Assembly (NCBI GenBank): GCA_964395975.1
Contig: CAYNBZ010000001.1
Location: forward strand, 28,267-92,266
Source: an uncultured Muribaculaceae bacterium
GTDB taxonomy: Bacteria > Bacteroidota > Bacteroidia > Bacteroidales > Muribaculaceae
Length of the DNA stretch: 64,000 nt
Direction of reading: 5' to 3'
The translations under genes and the position numbers were made by a program. A model generated the notes under the pieces. That model worked only from the letters and a program-made list of their open reading frames with translations, searched no databases and was not told where the DNA came from. Below are positions 1-9,550 of the stretch, piece by piece (position 1 is the stretch's first letter; each line of letters opens with the position of its first letter).

Positions 1-1
1 T

Positions 2-154
2 CGTAAGGTGTGTTTTACCCTTACTCCTGAAATGCTCGAAATGCTTGATGCCGACTATAAACGGATAATCGAACCTGGTGACTTCGTGATAATGGTGGGG
101 TCATCAAGTCGTGATGAGGATTTATTGAGATTGAGGGTTAGCGTAAAAGCATAA
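2..154 (+). CDS. 3' end of a glycoside hydrolase, GH3 (BglX-like beta-glucosidase) C-terminus; 5' part lies outside the window
   Basis: The frame is open from the window edge to TAA at 152-154. The tail ...IIEPGDFVIMVGSSSRDEDLLRLRVSVKA resembles the conserved C-terminal ending of BglX-type GH3 enzymes. It ends 10 nt before the next gene. Confidence 0.5.
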   Translation, partial: RKVCFTLTPEMLEMLDADYKRIIEPGDFVIMVGSSSRDEDLLRLRVSVKA

Positions 155-164
155 AACAGTATCG

Positions 165-1280
165 ATGAATAAATTTTGTTTGTTATATATCCCTATTTTG
201 GCTATTGTTGCAAGTTGCTCGGGAACGAAGACTGCCGAAACCGTGAGTGAAATTATGACTCCGGCTGAAGAGTTGCATGTCCGCCTTGACAGCATTAGCA
301 AAAAGGGTTTTGCCTTTGGAATGCATGATGCCACGGCGTATGGGCATTCATGGGTCGGAGTGGAGGACAGTTGCGATGTATATAGCGTGTGTGGCGACTA
401 TCCCGGAGTGATGAATTGGGATCTTGGACTTATCGAGTATGACAGCGACAAAGATCTTGACGGTGTTCCGTTTGATTTCATTCGCCGTGAAGTGGTCAAA
501 CAGGACAAGCGAGGAGGCATCAGCACATTCAGTTGGCATGTCCGTAATCCGTTGTCGAGAGGTAATTCTTGGAACACTGAAGGAGACTCGGTGGTGTATC
601 AGTGCATTACTGAGGGCAATCCGCTTAACGACACCATAAAGACGTGGATAGGGCGTGCTGCCGATTTCATAGGCTCGTTGCGTGACGATGAGGGTAAGCG
701 CATAGGAGTGGTGTTCCGTCCGTGGCACGAACACACCGGCAATTGGTTCTGGTGGGGACGTGACCATTGCTCGGCTGACGACTACAAGGCACTGTGGCAA
801 TTGACTTATGACATTTTTGTCGAGAAGGGAATTGACAACGTGCTATGGGCCTATTCCCCCGACAAGGATAACGTGACTGATGTCGCAAGCTACATGGAAC
901 GCTATCCGGGTGACAGCATAGTTGACATTCTTGGCGGTGATGTTTACCACTTTGACGGAGAAAAAGGGGTAGAAACTTATATAAATAGAGTAAACTATGT
1001 GATAGGTGCCGCTTGTAAGGTGGCTGAGGAACGTGAAAAACTTGTTGCATTCACCGAAACAGGCAGTGAGGGCATTCCGATGCCTGACTGGTGGACTGAG
1101 GTGTTGCTGAAAAATATAAAGCAATATCCCATTTGCTATATATCTGTGTGGCGCAATGCACACGACAATCCCGATCACTATTTTGCTCCTTACCCGGGAC
1201 ATTCGTCGGTGTCGTCGTTTATCGAGTTTTATAACGATGATAGAACTTTTTTCGCCAAAGATTTAGAAAAAATACAATAA
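165..1280 (+). CDS. GH26 endo-beta-1,4-mannanase, lipoprotein
   Basis: 371-aa ORF. Lipoprotein signal ILAIVASCSG. GH26 acid/base motif RPWHEHTGNWFWWG and nucleophile region AFTETGSEG. Confidence 0.85.
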   Translation: MNKFCLLYIPILAIVASCSGTKTAETVSEIMTPAEELHVRLDSISKKGFAFGMHDATAYGHSWVGVEDSCDVYSVCGDYPGVMNWDLGLIEYDSDKDLDGVPFDFIRREVVKQDKRGGISTFSWHVRNPLSRGNSWNTEGDSVVYQCITEGNPLNDTIKTWIGRAADFIGSLRDDEGKRIGVVFRPWHEHTGNWFWWGRDHCSADDYKALWQLTYDIFVEKGIDNVLWAYSPDKDNVTDVASYMERYPGDSIVDILGGDVYHFDGEKGVETYINRVNYVIGAACKVAEEREKLVAFTETGSEGIPMPDWWTEVLLKNIKQYPICYISVWRNAHDNPDHYFAPYPGHSSVSSFIEFYNDDRTFFAKDLEKIQ

Positions 1281-1296
1281 ACGAAATTAATACAAA

Positions 1297-2475
1297 TTGA
1301 CAGAAATTATGGCAATTTTTGATGAGAGAAAAAACAGAATAGAGCGCGAGTACGAGGCATTGATAAGCCGTAAAAATGAGAAGATTGAAGGCAACGGTAT
1401 TTTCTGCCGTTATAAAAATCCTGTATTGACTGCTCAGATGGCTCCTCCGTTCTGGCGTTACGATTACGATCGCGAAAGCAATCCTTACTTCATGGAACGC
1501 ATCGGCGTGAATACTGTGCTCAACTCCGGGGCAATCAAATGGAATGGCAAATATGTGTTGGTAGTGCGGGTTGAAGGTAGTGATCGCAAGTCGTTTTTTG
1601 CAGTTGCCGAGAGCCCCAATGGTATCGATAACTTCCGATTCCATGACCATCCCATCACGATGCCCGACACCGAAGATCCTGCTGTGAATGTATATGATAT
1701 GCGTCTCACCGCTCATGAAGATGGTTGGATATATGGCTTGTTCTGCGTTGAACGCCACGATCCTGCTTTCCCCAATGACTTAAGTGCCGCGACGGCGGCT
1801 TGCGGTATAGCTCGCACCAAGGATCTGGTTAACTGGGAACGTCTTCCCGACTTGAAGAGCAAAAGTCAACAGCGTAACGTGGTGTTGCATCCTGAGTTTG
1901 TCAATGGCAAGTATGCTCTCTATACACGTCCACAGGACAGCTTTATTGATGCCGGTAGCGGTGGTGGTATCGGCTGGGCATTGATTGATGATATCACAAA
2001 TGCGGTAGTTACCGAAGAGCGAATTATCGACCAGCGCTTCTATCACACCATAAAAGAATCAAAGAACGGAGAAGGTCCGCACCCCATAAAGACATCTAAG
2101 GGGTGGTTGCATCTTGCCCACGGTGTGCGTAATTGTGCTTCGGGACTTCGTTACGTGCTTTATATGTATATGACATCGCTCGAAGAGCCTTGGCGAGAAA
2201 TTGCCACCCCCGGAGGTTACTTGATGGCACCTGTCGGTGATGAGTATGTGGGTGATGTGATGAATGTGTTGTTCTCAAATGGATGGATTGCTGATGAAGA
2301 CGGGACGGTTTATATCTATTATGCTTCATGCGACACCCGTATGCATGTGGCTACATCTACAATTGACCAACTTGTTGACTATTGCATGAATACTCCGGTC
2401 GATGGGTTGACTACCGGAGAATCGGTAAAAACTTTAAACCGATTAATTGATAAAAACCTGAAAATAATAAAGTAA
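1297..2475 (+). CDS. GH130 4-O-beta-D-mannosyl-D-glucose phosphorylase
   Basis: 392-aa ORF. The N-terminal region ([11 protein letters not shown]...[20 protein letters not shown]...[18 protein letters not shown]) is typical of the Bacteroides fragilis BF0772-type GH130 phosphorylase. It sits between the mannanase and symporter genes, as in that operon. Confidence 0.85.
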   Translation: MTEIMAIFDERKNRIEREYEALISRKNEKIEGNGIFCRYKNPVLTAQMAPPFWRYDYDRESNPYFMERIGVNTVLNSGAIKWNGKYVLVVRVEGSDRKSFFAVAESPNGIDNFRFHDHPITMPDTEDPAVNVYDMRLTAHEDGWIYGLFCVERHDPAFPNDLSAATAACGIARTKDLVNWERLPDLKSKSQQRNVVLHPEFVNGKYALYTRPQDSFIDAGSGGGIGWALIDDITNAVVTEERIIDQRFYHTIKESKNGEGPHPIKTSKGWLHLAHGVRNCASGLRYVLYMYMTSLEEPWREIATPGGYLMAPVGDEYVGDVMNVLFSNGWIADEDGTVYIYYASCDTRMHVATSTIDQLVDYCMNTPVDGLTTGESVKTLNRLIDKNLKIIK

Positions 2476-2481
2476 ATAAGA

Positions 2482-2640
2482 AAAGCCCCCCTCAATCCCC
2501 CCCGAGGGGGGACTTGCCAAATATTTGCTGCTATAAAGCAAGCAATAGGCAACAGTGATTGGATACCTAAAGAACCTACGCACAACAGTGAATAACTCTT
2601 TGGCAAGTCCCTCCTTGTGAGGGATTTTTAGGGGGGCTTT
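2482..2640. repeat. MITE/REP-like inverted-repeat element in the GH130-symporter intercistronic gap
   Basis: Outer arms AAAGCCCCCCT (2482-2492) and AGGGGGGCTTT (2630-2640) are complementary. Inner arms GACTTGCCAAA (2511-2521) and TTTGGCAAGTC (2599-2609) are also complementary. Each roughly 40-nt arm carries its own mini-hairpin (C-run/G-run in one, CCCTC..GAGGG in the other). No ORF is present. Confidence 0.7.
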
Positions 2641-2646
2641 CTGTTT

Positions 2647-4077
2647 ATGATACCTTTAAAAGAAAAAATCGGATATGGCTTTGGCGACATGGCTTCCTCG
2701 ATGTTTTGGAAAGTGCTGTCGTATTATTTGCCATTCTTCTATTCCAACATTTTCGGATTAAGCCTTGTTGACAGTGCAATGTTGCTTATCGTCACCCGTA
2801 TATGGGATGCCGTTACCGATCCCGTGATGGGAACTATTGCCGACCGTACTAAGACTCGTTGGGGCAAGTACCGACCTTATTTATTGTGGTTTGCCGCTCC
2901 GTTTGCCATTTGCGGTGTATTGGTCTTTACCACTCCTGAATGGAGTTATGAAGCCAAGCGTGTGTGGGCTTATTTCACATATATATTGATGATGACCGTT
3001 TATACGGGCATCAATGTGCCGTATGGCGCAATGCTCGGTGTGATTACCGATGATTCGCATCAAAAAACGGTGTTCTCGTCCTATCGTATGTTTTTTGCTT
3101 ATGGAGGTAGCTTCATTGCACTTGCATCGTGGGAACCGTTGTCTAATTTTTTTGGTAAGAACGTTTTTGGTTCGGTTGAAATACCTAATGCGGTTGCCGG
3201 CAACCAATGGGCTATGATTTGTATTGCTGTTGTTTGCTTTCTATTGTTCTTATGTTGCTTCGGGCTAACCAAGGAGCGTATAAAGAGCGTGTCAAATGTG
3301 TCGGTTGGCAGCGATATTAAGGGACTTCTTGCCAATGTGCCATGGTGGCTTATGATAGGGATTGCATTGTGTACCAATCTTTTTAACACCGTGCGCGGCT
3401 CTACGGTGGCATATTTCTTTGCCGATGTTGTAGCTCCCGGTGGTGCCGAAGTCAATCTTATGTTGTTCGGCATACAGGTGCTGTTTTATGCGGGGTTGTT
3501 CTTGAGCGTGGGTGAAGTTTCCAATATGATAGGTGTATCGCTCACTGTGTCAATAACTAAGTTCCTCGGCAAGAAAGGTACATTCATCTGGACTAACATT
3601 ATGCTTGTGGTGTTGAGTGTGACGTTTTTCTTTGTGCCACTTAGCCAGACCGGTTTTTGGATAATGTTATTGCTGCAAATTTTGATTTCATTATGTACGG
3701 GTATTATTTCTCCGCTCATTTGGAGTATGTATGCCGATGTTTCGGACTATGCCGAACTCAAATATAGGACAGCTTCTACAGGGCTTATATTCTCATCGTC
3801 TTCGATGGCGCAGAAGTTTGGAAGTGCTTTCGGCGGTGCAGCAGTCATGTGGATATTGGGTAGTTTCGGTTATGTTACCAATCTTGCCCCCGGGCAGGTT
3901 CAACCCGATGAAGCTGTCTCATGCCTTTGGTGGCTGATGAGCTGGATTCCGGCATTGGTGGCAGCATTGGCGGTGGCGGTGGCATTCTTTTATCCGCTTA
4001 ACACCAAGCGCATGAATGAAATAGAAGTACAACTGAAGAAAGCACGCATCGAAAGTGGTGTTGAAGGAGCTAAATAA
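2647..4077 (+). CDS. MFS glycoside-pentoside-hexuronide (GPH):cation symporter, probable mannobiose importer
   Basis: 476-aa polytopic protein. The N-terminal GYGFGDMASSMFW and DAVTDPVMGTIADRTKTRWGKYRPY motifs are characteristic of the GPH family. Operon context supports the call. Confidence 0.85.
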   Translation: MIPLKEKIGYGFGDMASSMFWKVLSYYLPFFYSNIFGLSLVDSAMLLIVTRIWDAVTDPVMGTIADRTKTRWGKYRPYLLWFAAPFAICGVLVFTTPEWSYEAKRVWAYFTYILMMTVYTGINVPYGAMLGVITDDSHQKTVFSSYRMFFAYGGSFIALASWEPLSNFFGKNVFGSVEIPNAVAGNQWAMICIAVVCFLLFLCCFGLTKERIKSVSNVSVGSDIKGLLANVPWWLMIGIALCTNLFNTVRGSTVAYFFADVVAPGGAEVNLMLFGIQVLFYAGLFLSVGEVSNMIGVSLTVSITKFLGKKGTFIWTNIMLVVLSVTFFFVPLSQTGFWIMLLLQILISLCTGIISPLIWSMYADVSDYAELKYRTASTGLIFSSSSMAQKFGSAFGGAAVMWILGSFGYVTNLAPGQVQPDEAVSCLWWLMSWIPALVAALAVAVAFFYPLNTKRMNEIEVQLKKARIESGVEGAK

Positions 4078-4109
4078 AGTTATTACTTTTGTAAAAATTT
4101 TAGGGAACT

Positions 4110-5297
4110 ATGAATGTTGATGTGCAACAATTCCGTGCCGAGCTTCTTGACAATGTGGAAAACAATATCTTGGCATATTGGATTGACAAGATGGTTGACC
4201 CACGTGGAGGCTTTTATGGTCGGCGTGACGGTTATGACAAGCTCGATGCCGATGCCCCTAAAGGAGCTATATTGAACGGTCGCATATTATGGTCGTTTGC
4301 TGCTGCTTATCGTATAACAGGCAAACCGGAATATCTTGAAATGGCACAGCGAGCCAAACGTTATATTATCGATCATTTCTATGATACGGAATATGGTGGG
4401 ATATATTGGTCGCTAAATGCTGATGGTACGCCACTTGACACAAAGAAACAGTTTTATGCAACAGGCTTTGTGATATATGGTCTTAGCGAACTCGTCCGAG
4501 CCTGTGGCGATGAGGAGGCTCTTGATTATGCCTGTCGGTTGTTTCACGATATAGAACTCCATAGCCGAGACCAAGTACAAAGGGGATATGTCGAGGCCTG
4601 TACCCGAGAATGGGGTGAAATTGCCGATATGCGCCTGAGTGACAAAGACGAAAACGAAAAGAAAACAATGAACACCCATTTGCATATAATCGAACCATAT
4701 ACGAATTTGTATCGTGTGTGGAAAGATGATGAATTGAGAGTCGCAATAGCCGACCTTATGGATGTGTTCTTCGATGTGATGGAAGACAAGCATAGCCATC
4801 ATTTGGGATTGTTTTTCGATGAAAACTGGGCGCGCCACGATAATGAACAATCGTTTGGTCACGACATCGAGGCTTCGTGGCTGTTACTTGAAGCTGCACA
4901 GGAGCTTGGCGACAACGACTTGATTGCAAAAGCTCTCTCGCACACTTGGAATATAGCCGAGGCGGCATTGCAAGGAAGGTGTTGCGATGGGTCGATGGTT
5001 TATGAACGCCATGGCAACGGGTCGTATGACAACGACAAGCACTGGTGGGTACAAGCCGAGCAGATAGTCGGATTGGTTTATTTATATAAGTTCCATGGCT
5101 ATGACAAGGCTCTTGAAATGGCTGTGCAGACATGGGAATATGTGAAGAAAAATCTTGTAGATGCCGAGAATGGTGAATGGTATTGGAGCAGGAAGTCGGA
5201 TGGTAGCATCAATCGAAATGAAGACAAAGCCGGTTTTTGGAAATGCCCTTACCATAATAGCCGTATGTGCCTTGAAACTTATACTGTTTTAGGTTAA
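4110..5297 (+). CDS. Cellobiose/mannobiose 2-epimerase (N-acylglucosamine 2-epimerase superfamily)
   Basis: 395 aa with AGE-fold (alpha6/alpha6) family features. Its position matches the epimerase of the B. fragilis mannan pathway operon. Confidence 0.8.
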   Translation: MNVDVQQFRAELLDNVENNILAYWIDKMVDPRGGFYGRRDGYDKLDADAPKGAILNGRILWSFAAAYRITGKPEYLEMAQRAKRYIIDHFYDTEYGGIYWSLNADGTPLDTKKQFYATGFVIYGLSELVRACGDEEALDYACRLFHDIELHSRDQVQRGYVEACTREWGEIADMRLSDKDENEKKTMNTHLHIIEPYTNLYRVWKDDELRVAIADLMDVFFDVMEDKHSHHLGLFFDENWARHDNEQSFGHDIEASWLLLEAAQELGDNDLIAKALSHTWNIAEAALQGRCCDGSMVYERHGNGSYDNDKHWWVQAEQIVGLVYLYKFHGYDKALEMAVQTWEYVKKNLVDAENGEWYWSRKSDGSINRNEDKAGFWKCPYHNSRMCLETYTVLG

Positions 5298-5311
5298 AAA
5301 ATGATAATGTA

Positions 5312-6292
5312 ATGGATAGAACCAAAAATATCAAACCGTTTAAATTTGTTCCATATCTTAAATCTGTGCTTTGGGGTGGGGAACGAATCGCCCGATATAA
5401 GGGTATAGTTACAGACATGCATCAAATAGGCGAAAGTTGGGAACTTTCGGGTGTCGAGGGGCATGAGTCGGTTGTTGCCGATGGTGAAGACAAGGGGATT
5501 ACTTTACCTGAGTTGATACGAAAATACAAGGGTGATCTTGTCGGTGACTCTGTGTATGAGAAGTTTGGCGATAAATTCCCGTTGCTTGTGAAGATTATAG
5601 ATGCCAAGCAAGATTTGTCGCTTCAGGTACATCCCAATGACAATCTTGCACGCGAGCGTCATAACAGTTTCGGAAAAACCGAAATGTGGTATATAATAGA
5701 TGCTGATGAAGGGGCATCTATTTATGCAGGTCTTTCCAAAAACATCTCTCCTGATGATTATAAACGCATGGTAGCCGAAAATACCATTATGGAAGCTGTT
5801 GCACGGCATGATTCTTACGGCGGCGACCTGTTCTTCCTGCCGGCGGGACGTATCCATGCCATTGGTGCGGGAAACTTGCTTGCTGAGATACAGCAAACGT
5901 CTGATATAACATATCGTGTGTATGACTTTGGACGGCTCGATGCCAATGGCAAACCGCGAGAATTGCACACCGAGCTTGCAATGGATGCCATCGACTATAC
6001 GGTGTATGACAATTACAAGTCGGATTATGTGCGTATCGAGGAGGGAGAGACTGAACTCGTGAACTGTAATTACTTTGATGTGCACAAGATAAACGTGACT
6101 TGTGTGTGTGATATCGATTCGAGCCGGTGCGACTCGTTTCGCATCATAATGTGTCTTGAAGGAGCAGTGGAGATTGTGGATAATTTCAACAATGTGACCG
6201 AGATGCACAGGGGAGAAACTATCCTTGTTCCGGCGGCTACATCGTCATTGCGTATCACCGGCAATGCCACATTGATTACGGCTACGGCATAG
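5312..6292 (+). CDS. manA: Mannose-6-phosphate isomerase, class I
   Basis: 326 aa. Cupin-type PMI motifs: GESWELSG, LSLQVHPN, EMWYII, IHAIGAGN. Confidence 0.85.
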   Translation: MDRTKNIKPFKFVPYLKSVLWGGERIARYKGIVTDMHQIGESWELSGVEGHESVVADGEDKGITLPELIRKYKGDLVGDSVYEKFGDKFPLLVKIIDAKQDLSLQVHPNDNLARERHNSFGKTEMWYIIDADEGASIYAGLSKNISPDDYKRMVAENTIMEAVARHDSYGGDLFFLPAGRIHAIGAGNLLAEIQQTSDITYRVYDFGRLDANGKPRELHTELAMDAIDYTVYDNYKSDYVRIEEGETELVNCNYFDVHKINVTCVCDIDSSRCDSFRIIMCLEGAVEIVDNFNNVTEMHRGETILVPAATSSLRITGNATLITATA

Positions 6293-6366
6293 AATTATTT
6301 TTAATGAGCCGGTGTGGTAAATACGCCGGCAGATGGTTAACCAAAGAGGAGGATATATGTATGGCC

Positions 6367-6400
6367 AAGAGGGATACACGTATCCTCTTCTCTGTGTGTT
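6367..6400 (+). terminator. Possible intrinsic terminator after manA
   Basis: AAGAGGGATAC..GTATCCTCTT forms an imperfect hairpin (one bulge) followed by the pyrimidine/U-rich CTCTGTGTGTT. Confidence 0.4.
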
Positions 6401-6449
6401 AATGCCAAAATATTATCGTATTGTTACGGCTGTTGTTGGACAAAAAGTG

Positions 6450-6457
6450 TACCTTTG
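6450..6457 (+). promoter_or_regulatory. Bacteroides-type -7 promoter box (TACCTTTG)
   Basis: Matches TAnnTTTG, 24 nt upstream of the ATG at 6481. Confidence 0.4.
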
Positions 6458-6480
6458 CATAGTAAGGATAATATTAAGTG

Positions 6481-8010
6481 ATGATTAACTTTACGCCGTT
6501 GGTAAGGCCATTGTTTGAGAACCGTATTCGTCAGTCGATAAGATTTATTGACCATGGCGATGTGGTGCAGCGTCAACAACTTTATGAGTTGTTGGGACAA
6601 GCGAGTTTTACTGAGATAGGGCAGAAATATAAGTTTATCGACAGCCTTACTTATAACCAGTTTCGCGAACGTGTGCCGTTGCACAGTTATGAGGATTTGC
6701 GTCCTGCAATCATGCGGATGGTGGCTGGTGAAAAAGATGTGTTGTGGCGTGGAGTTACAACACGTTTTGCGCAATCTTCGGGTACAAGTAACGGAAAGAG
6801 CAAATACATCCCTATCACGGTTGACTCGCTGCAGCGATGCCACTATCAGGGAGCTTTTGATGTAGTGGCTCATTATCTCAATATAAACCAAGACAGCCGC
6901 ATTTTTGCAGGGAAAAGTTTTATCTTGGGTGGAAGTTTTGCCAACGAACTTAAATTGAATCGAGGGGTTAAGGTGGGAGATTTGTCGGCCAATTTGATAG
7001 AAAATATCAATCCCATTGCCAACATCGTGCGTGTGCCGAGTAAACGTATCGCCTTGATGCCTGATTGGGAACAGAAACTTCCTGCGCTCGTGGAAAACAG
7101 CATGAACGAGGATATTACTAACATCTCGGGGGTGCCATCATGGTTTTTAACTGTACTCGAAAATGTATTGCAACGAAAGGGTGTACAGTGCATACATGAC
7201 GTTTGGCCGCATCTTGAGGTCTTTTTTCATGGTGGCATTAGTTTTGAGCCTTACCGTAACAGATATGCACAACTGTGTGATCCTTCACGGATGCACTATC
7301 TTGAAACCTATAATGCATCGGAAGGTTTCTTTGCCGTGCAGACATCTTGGGAAACCAATTCCATGATGCTGTTGCTCGATACAGGGGTGTTTTATGAGTT
7401 TATTCCACTTGAAGATGTTGACAGTGACAATCCACGTGTTTTCCCATTGTGGGAAGTTGAACGTGGTAAAACCTATTCCCTTGTCATTACGGCAAATAAT
7501 GGGTTGTGGCGTTACAAGATAGGTGACACGGTTAAAATAGAGCAGACAGCACCGGTGAAAATAAAAATTACCGGGCGCACATGCCATTTCATTAATGCTT
7601 TTGGTGAAGAATTGATGGTGTTCAATGCCGATGAGGCAATTAAGCGTGCTTGTCACGACACTGCGGCGGCGGTCAGAGATTATACGGCTGCACCCGTGTA
7701 TGCTTCAGAAGGGCGGCGTGGTCATCATCAATGGCTTGTAGAATTTTCCACGCCTCCTTATGATATCAAGAAATTTGCTGAACGGCTTGATGCGCATCTG
7801 AAAGAACTTAACAGCGACTACGAAGCCAAGCGTTATAAGAATATATTTCTCGATGGCCCCGAAATCGTAATGGCATCTAAAGGATTGTTCGAGCGATGGT
7901 TGGGCAAGACCGGCAAATGCGGCGGACAACGGAAAGTGCCACGTTTGAACAACGACAGAGCTCTGATGTCGCAAATGCTCGAAATGAATAATGAAAATAG
8001 TAACATATAA
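6481..8010 (+). CDS. GH3 'auxin-responsive promoter' family protein (plant-GH3-like acyl-adenylate/amido synthetase fold)
   Basis: About 509 aa. Motifs FRERVPLHSYEDLRP and FAQSSGTSNGKSKYIP are typical of the GH3/JAR1-like family. I prefer the ATG at 6481 over the GTG at 6478. Confidence 0.75.
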   Translation: MINFTPLVRPLFENRIRQSIRFIDHGDVVQRQQLYELLGQASFTEIGQKYKFIDSLTYNQFRERVPLHSYEDLRPAIMRMVAGEKDVLWRGVTTRFAQSSGTSNGKSKYIPITVDSLQRCHYQGAFDVVAHYLNINQDSRIFAGKSFILGGSFANELKLNRGVKVGDLSANLIENINPIANIVRVPSKRIALMPDWEQKLPALVENSMNEDITNISGVPSWFLTVLENVLQRKGVQCIHDVWPHLEVFFHGGISFEPYRNRYAQLCDPSRMHYLETYNASEGFFAVQTSWETNSMMLLLDTGVFYEFIPLEDVDSDNPRVFPLWEVERGKTYSLVITANNGLWRYKIGDTVKIEQTAPVKIKITGRTCHFINAFGEELMVFNADEAIKRACHDTAAAVRDYTAAPVYASEGRRGHHQWLVEFSTPPYDIKKFAERLDAHLKELNSDYEAKRYKNIFLDGPEIVMASKGLFERWLGKTGKCGGQRKVPRLNNDRALMSQMLEMNNENSNI

Positions 8011-8022
8011 AAACATTAGACA

Positions 8023-9414
8023 ATGATTTCCAGATTCTTTTCATTAATTACTTGTTTGTCGGTGGCTTTGGTTGCTTTGGCACAATCACCAAAGTATATA
8101 TTCTATTTCATAGGCGATGGCATGGGTATGGGACATGTTATTACGGCTCAAACCTACAATCGCACGGTGCTTGGCAATGAGGAATTGTTGCCTATGATGC
8201 AATTCCCTGTATCATCGCTTGTAATGACTTATTCGGCAAATAGCAAGATTACCGATTCGGCTGCTGCCGGAACGGCACTCTCGACAGGAAGCAAGACCAA
8301 TAACGACATGATTGGGGAAGCTCCGGACGAAGCCCCTGTTTATAGTATAGCTACTGAATTGCAAAAGTTGGGTTATGGCATAGCAATCGGAACTTCGGTT
8401 CCGCCCGATGATGCTACTCCGGGTGCTTTTTATGCTCATGCCAAATCGCGTAAGATGTATTATGAAATAGGGCTTGACATGGCACATAGTGGCTACGACA
8501 TGTTCGTGGGATCCAAATTGCGCGGACTTAAAGATGGTGCCGGACGTGAAACCGGTCTTATCGATACGCTTCGTGTACACGGATATACCGTGGTTGAAGG
8601 ACGTGAAGCCTTTGAAAAAAATAAGGATAAGGATAAAATAGTGTTGCTCAACAATGACAAGACTCTTGAACATTTTGGTTACACTATCGACAGTATAGAT
8701 GCCAATCTGCATTTGCCTTATATCACTCAGGCTTGCCTTGACCATTTGATGCGTGTGTCACCCGACAAGTTCTTCATGATGATTGAAGGCGGTAATATTG
8801 ATTGGGCGGCTCATGCTAATGACGGCGGCGCAGTGGTGAAAGAAGTGTTGAACTTCAATCAGGCCATAGAGATTGCATATAACTTTTATAAGCAGCATCC
8901 CGATGAAACACTTATTGTGGTCACAGCTGATCACAATACCGGAGGTATGCAAATGGGAGTGAAAAACGGCCCCAAAGAAGTAAATCTGAAAAATATGGAT
9001 TATCAGCGGGTGTCGATAGAAAAATTTCAAATGTATTGTAAGAATCTTATCGATTCAGGCAAGACTGTGGAATGGGACGATATGAAGGCTTATTTACAGG
9101 CAAATCTTGGCTTATATGGCCCGGTTCCTGTTGATGGAAAACATGACAAGGCTATCCGCGACAAGTTTGAAAAGACATTTATCAGCCATGAAAGTTATGA
9201 CACCAAGACTCTTTATACTACATATAATGAATTTGTTTATGAAGTGTTTACCACTCTCGACCACATAAATGGCATTGGATGGACTACATTGAGCCATACA
9301 GGTGACTTTGTGCCGGTGTTTGCAGTTGGTGTCGGTAGTGAGCTTTTTATGAATGTAAATAATAATATCGATATTCCAACAAAGATACGCCGTATTGCAG
9401 GAATCACAAAATAG
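8023..9414 (+). CDS. Alkaline phosphatase (PhoA family), secreted
   Basis: 463 aa with a signal peptide. Motifs: YFIGDGMG, active-site DSAAAGTALSTG, metal-binding DWAAHAND and TADHNTGG. Confidence 0.85.
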   Translation: MISRFFSLITCLSVALVALAQSPKYIFYFIGDGMGMGHVITAQTYNRTVLGNEELLPMMQFPVSSLVMTYSANSKITDSAAAGTALSTGSKTNNDMIGEAPDEAPVYSIATELQKLGYGIAIGTSVPPDDATPGAFYAHAKSRKMYYEIGLDMAHSGYDMFVGSKLRGLKDGAGRETGLIDTLRVHGYTVVEGREAFEKNKDKDKIVLLNNDKTLEHFGYTIDSIDANLHLPYITQACLDHLMRVSPDKFFMMIEGGNIDWAAHANDGGAVVKEVLNFNQAIEIAYNFYKQHPDETLIVVTADHNTGGMQMGVKNGPKEVNLKNMDYQRVSIEKFQMYCKNLIDSGKTVEWDDMKAYLQANLGLYGPVPVDGKHDKAIRDKFEKTFISHESYDTKTLYTTYNEFVYEVFTTLDHINGIGWTTLSHTGDFVPVFAVGVGSELFMNVNNNIDIPTKIRRIAGITK

Positions 9415-9517
9415 GATAGTTCTGTATAATATAGCATTTGCGAGCCGCAATAAATGTGGCAACGTTCTTTGTGCTGTTTTTGACACAGGTTGTAATGTGG
9501 AATTGGCAGATTATGGT

Positions 9518-9525
9518 TAAATTTG
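9518..9525 (+). promoter_or_regulatory. -7 promoter box (TAAATTTG)
   Basis: Matches TAnnTTTG, 26 nt upstream of the rbfA ATG. Confidence 0.45.
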
Positions 9526-9550
9526 CAACACGCTTAATAAAAATGCTTTT

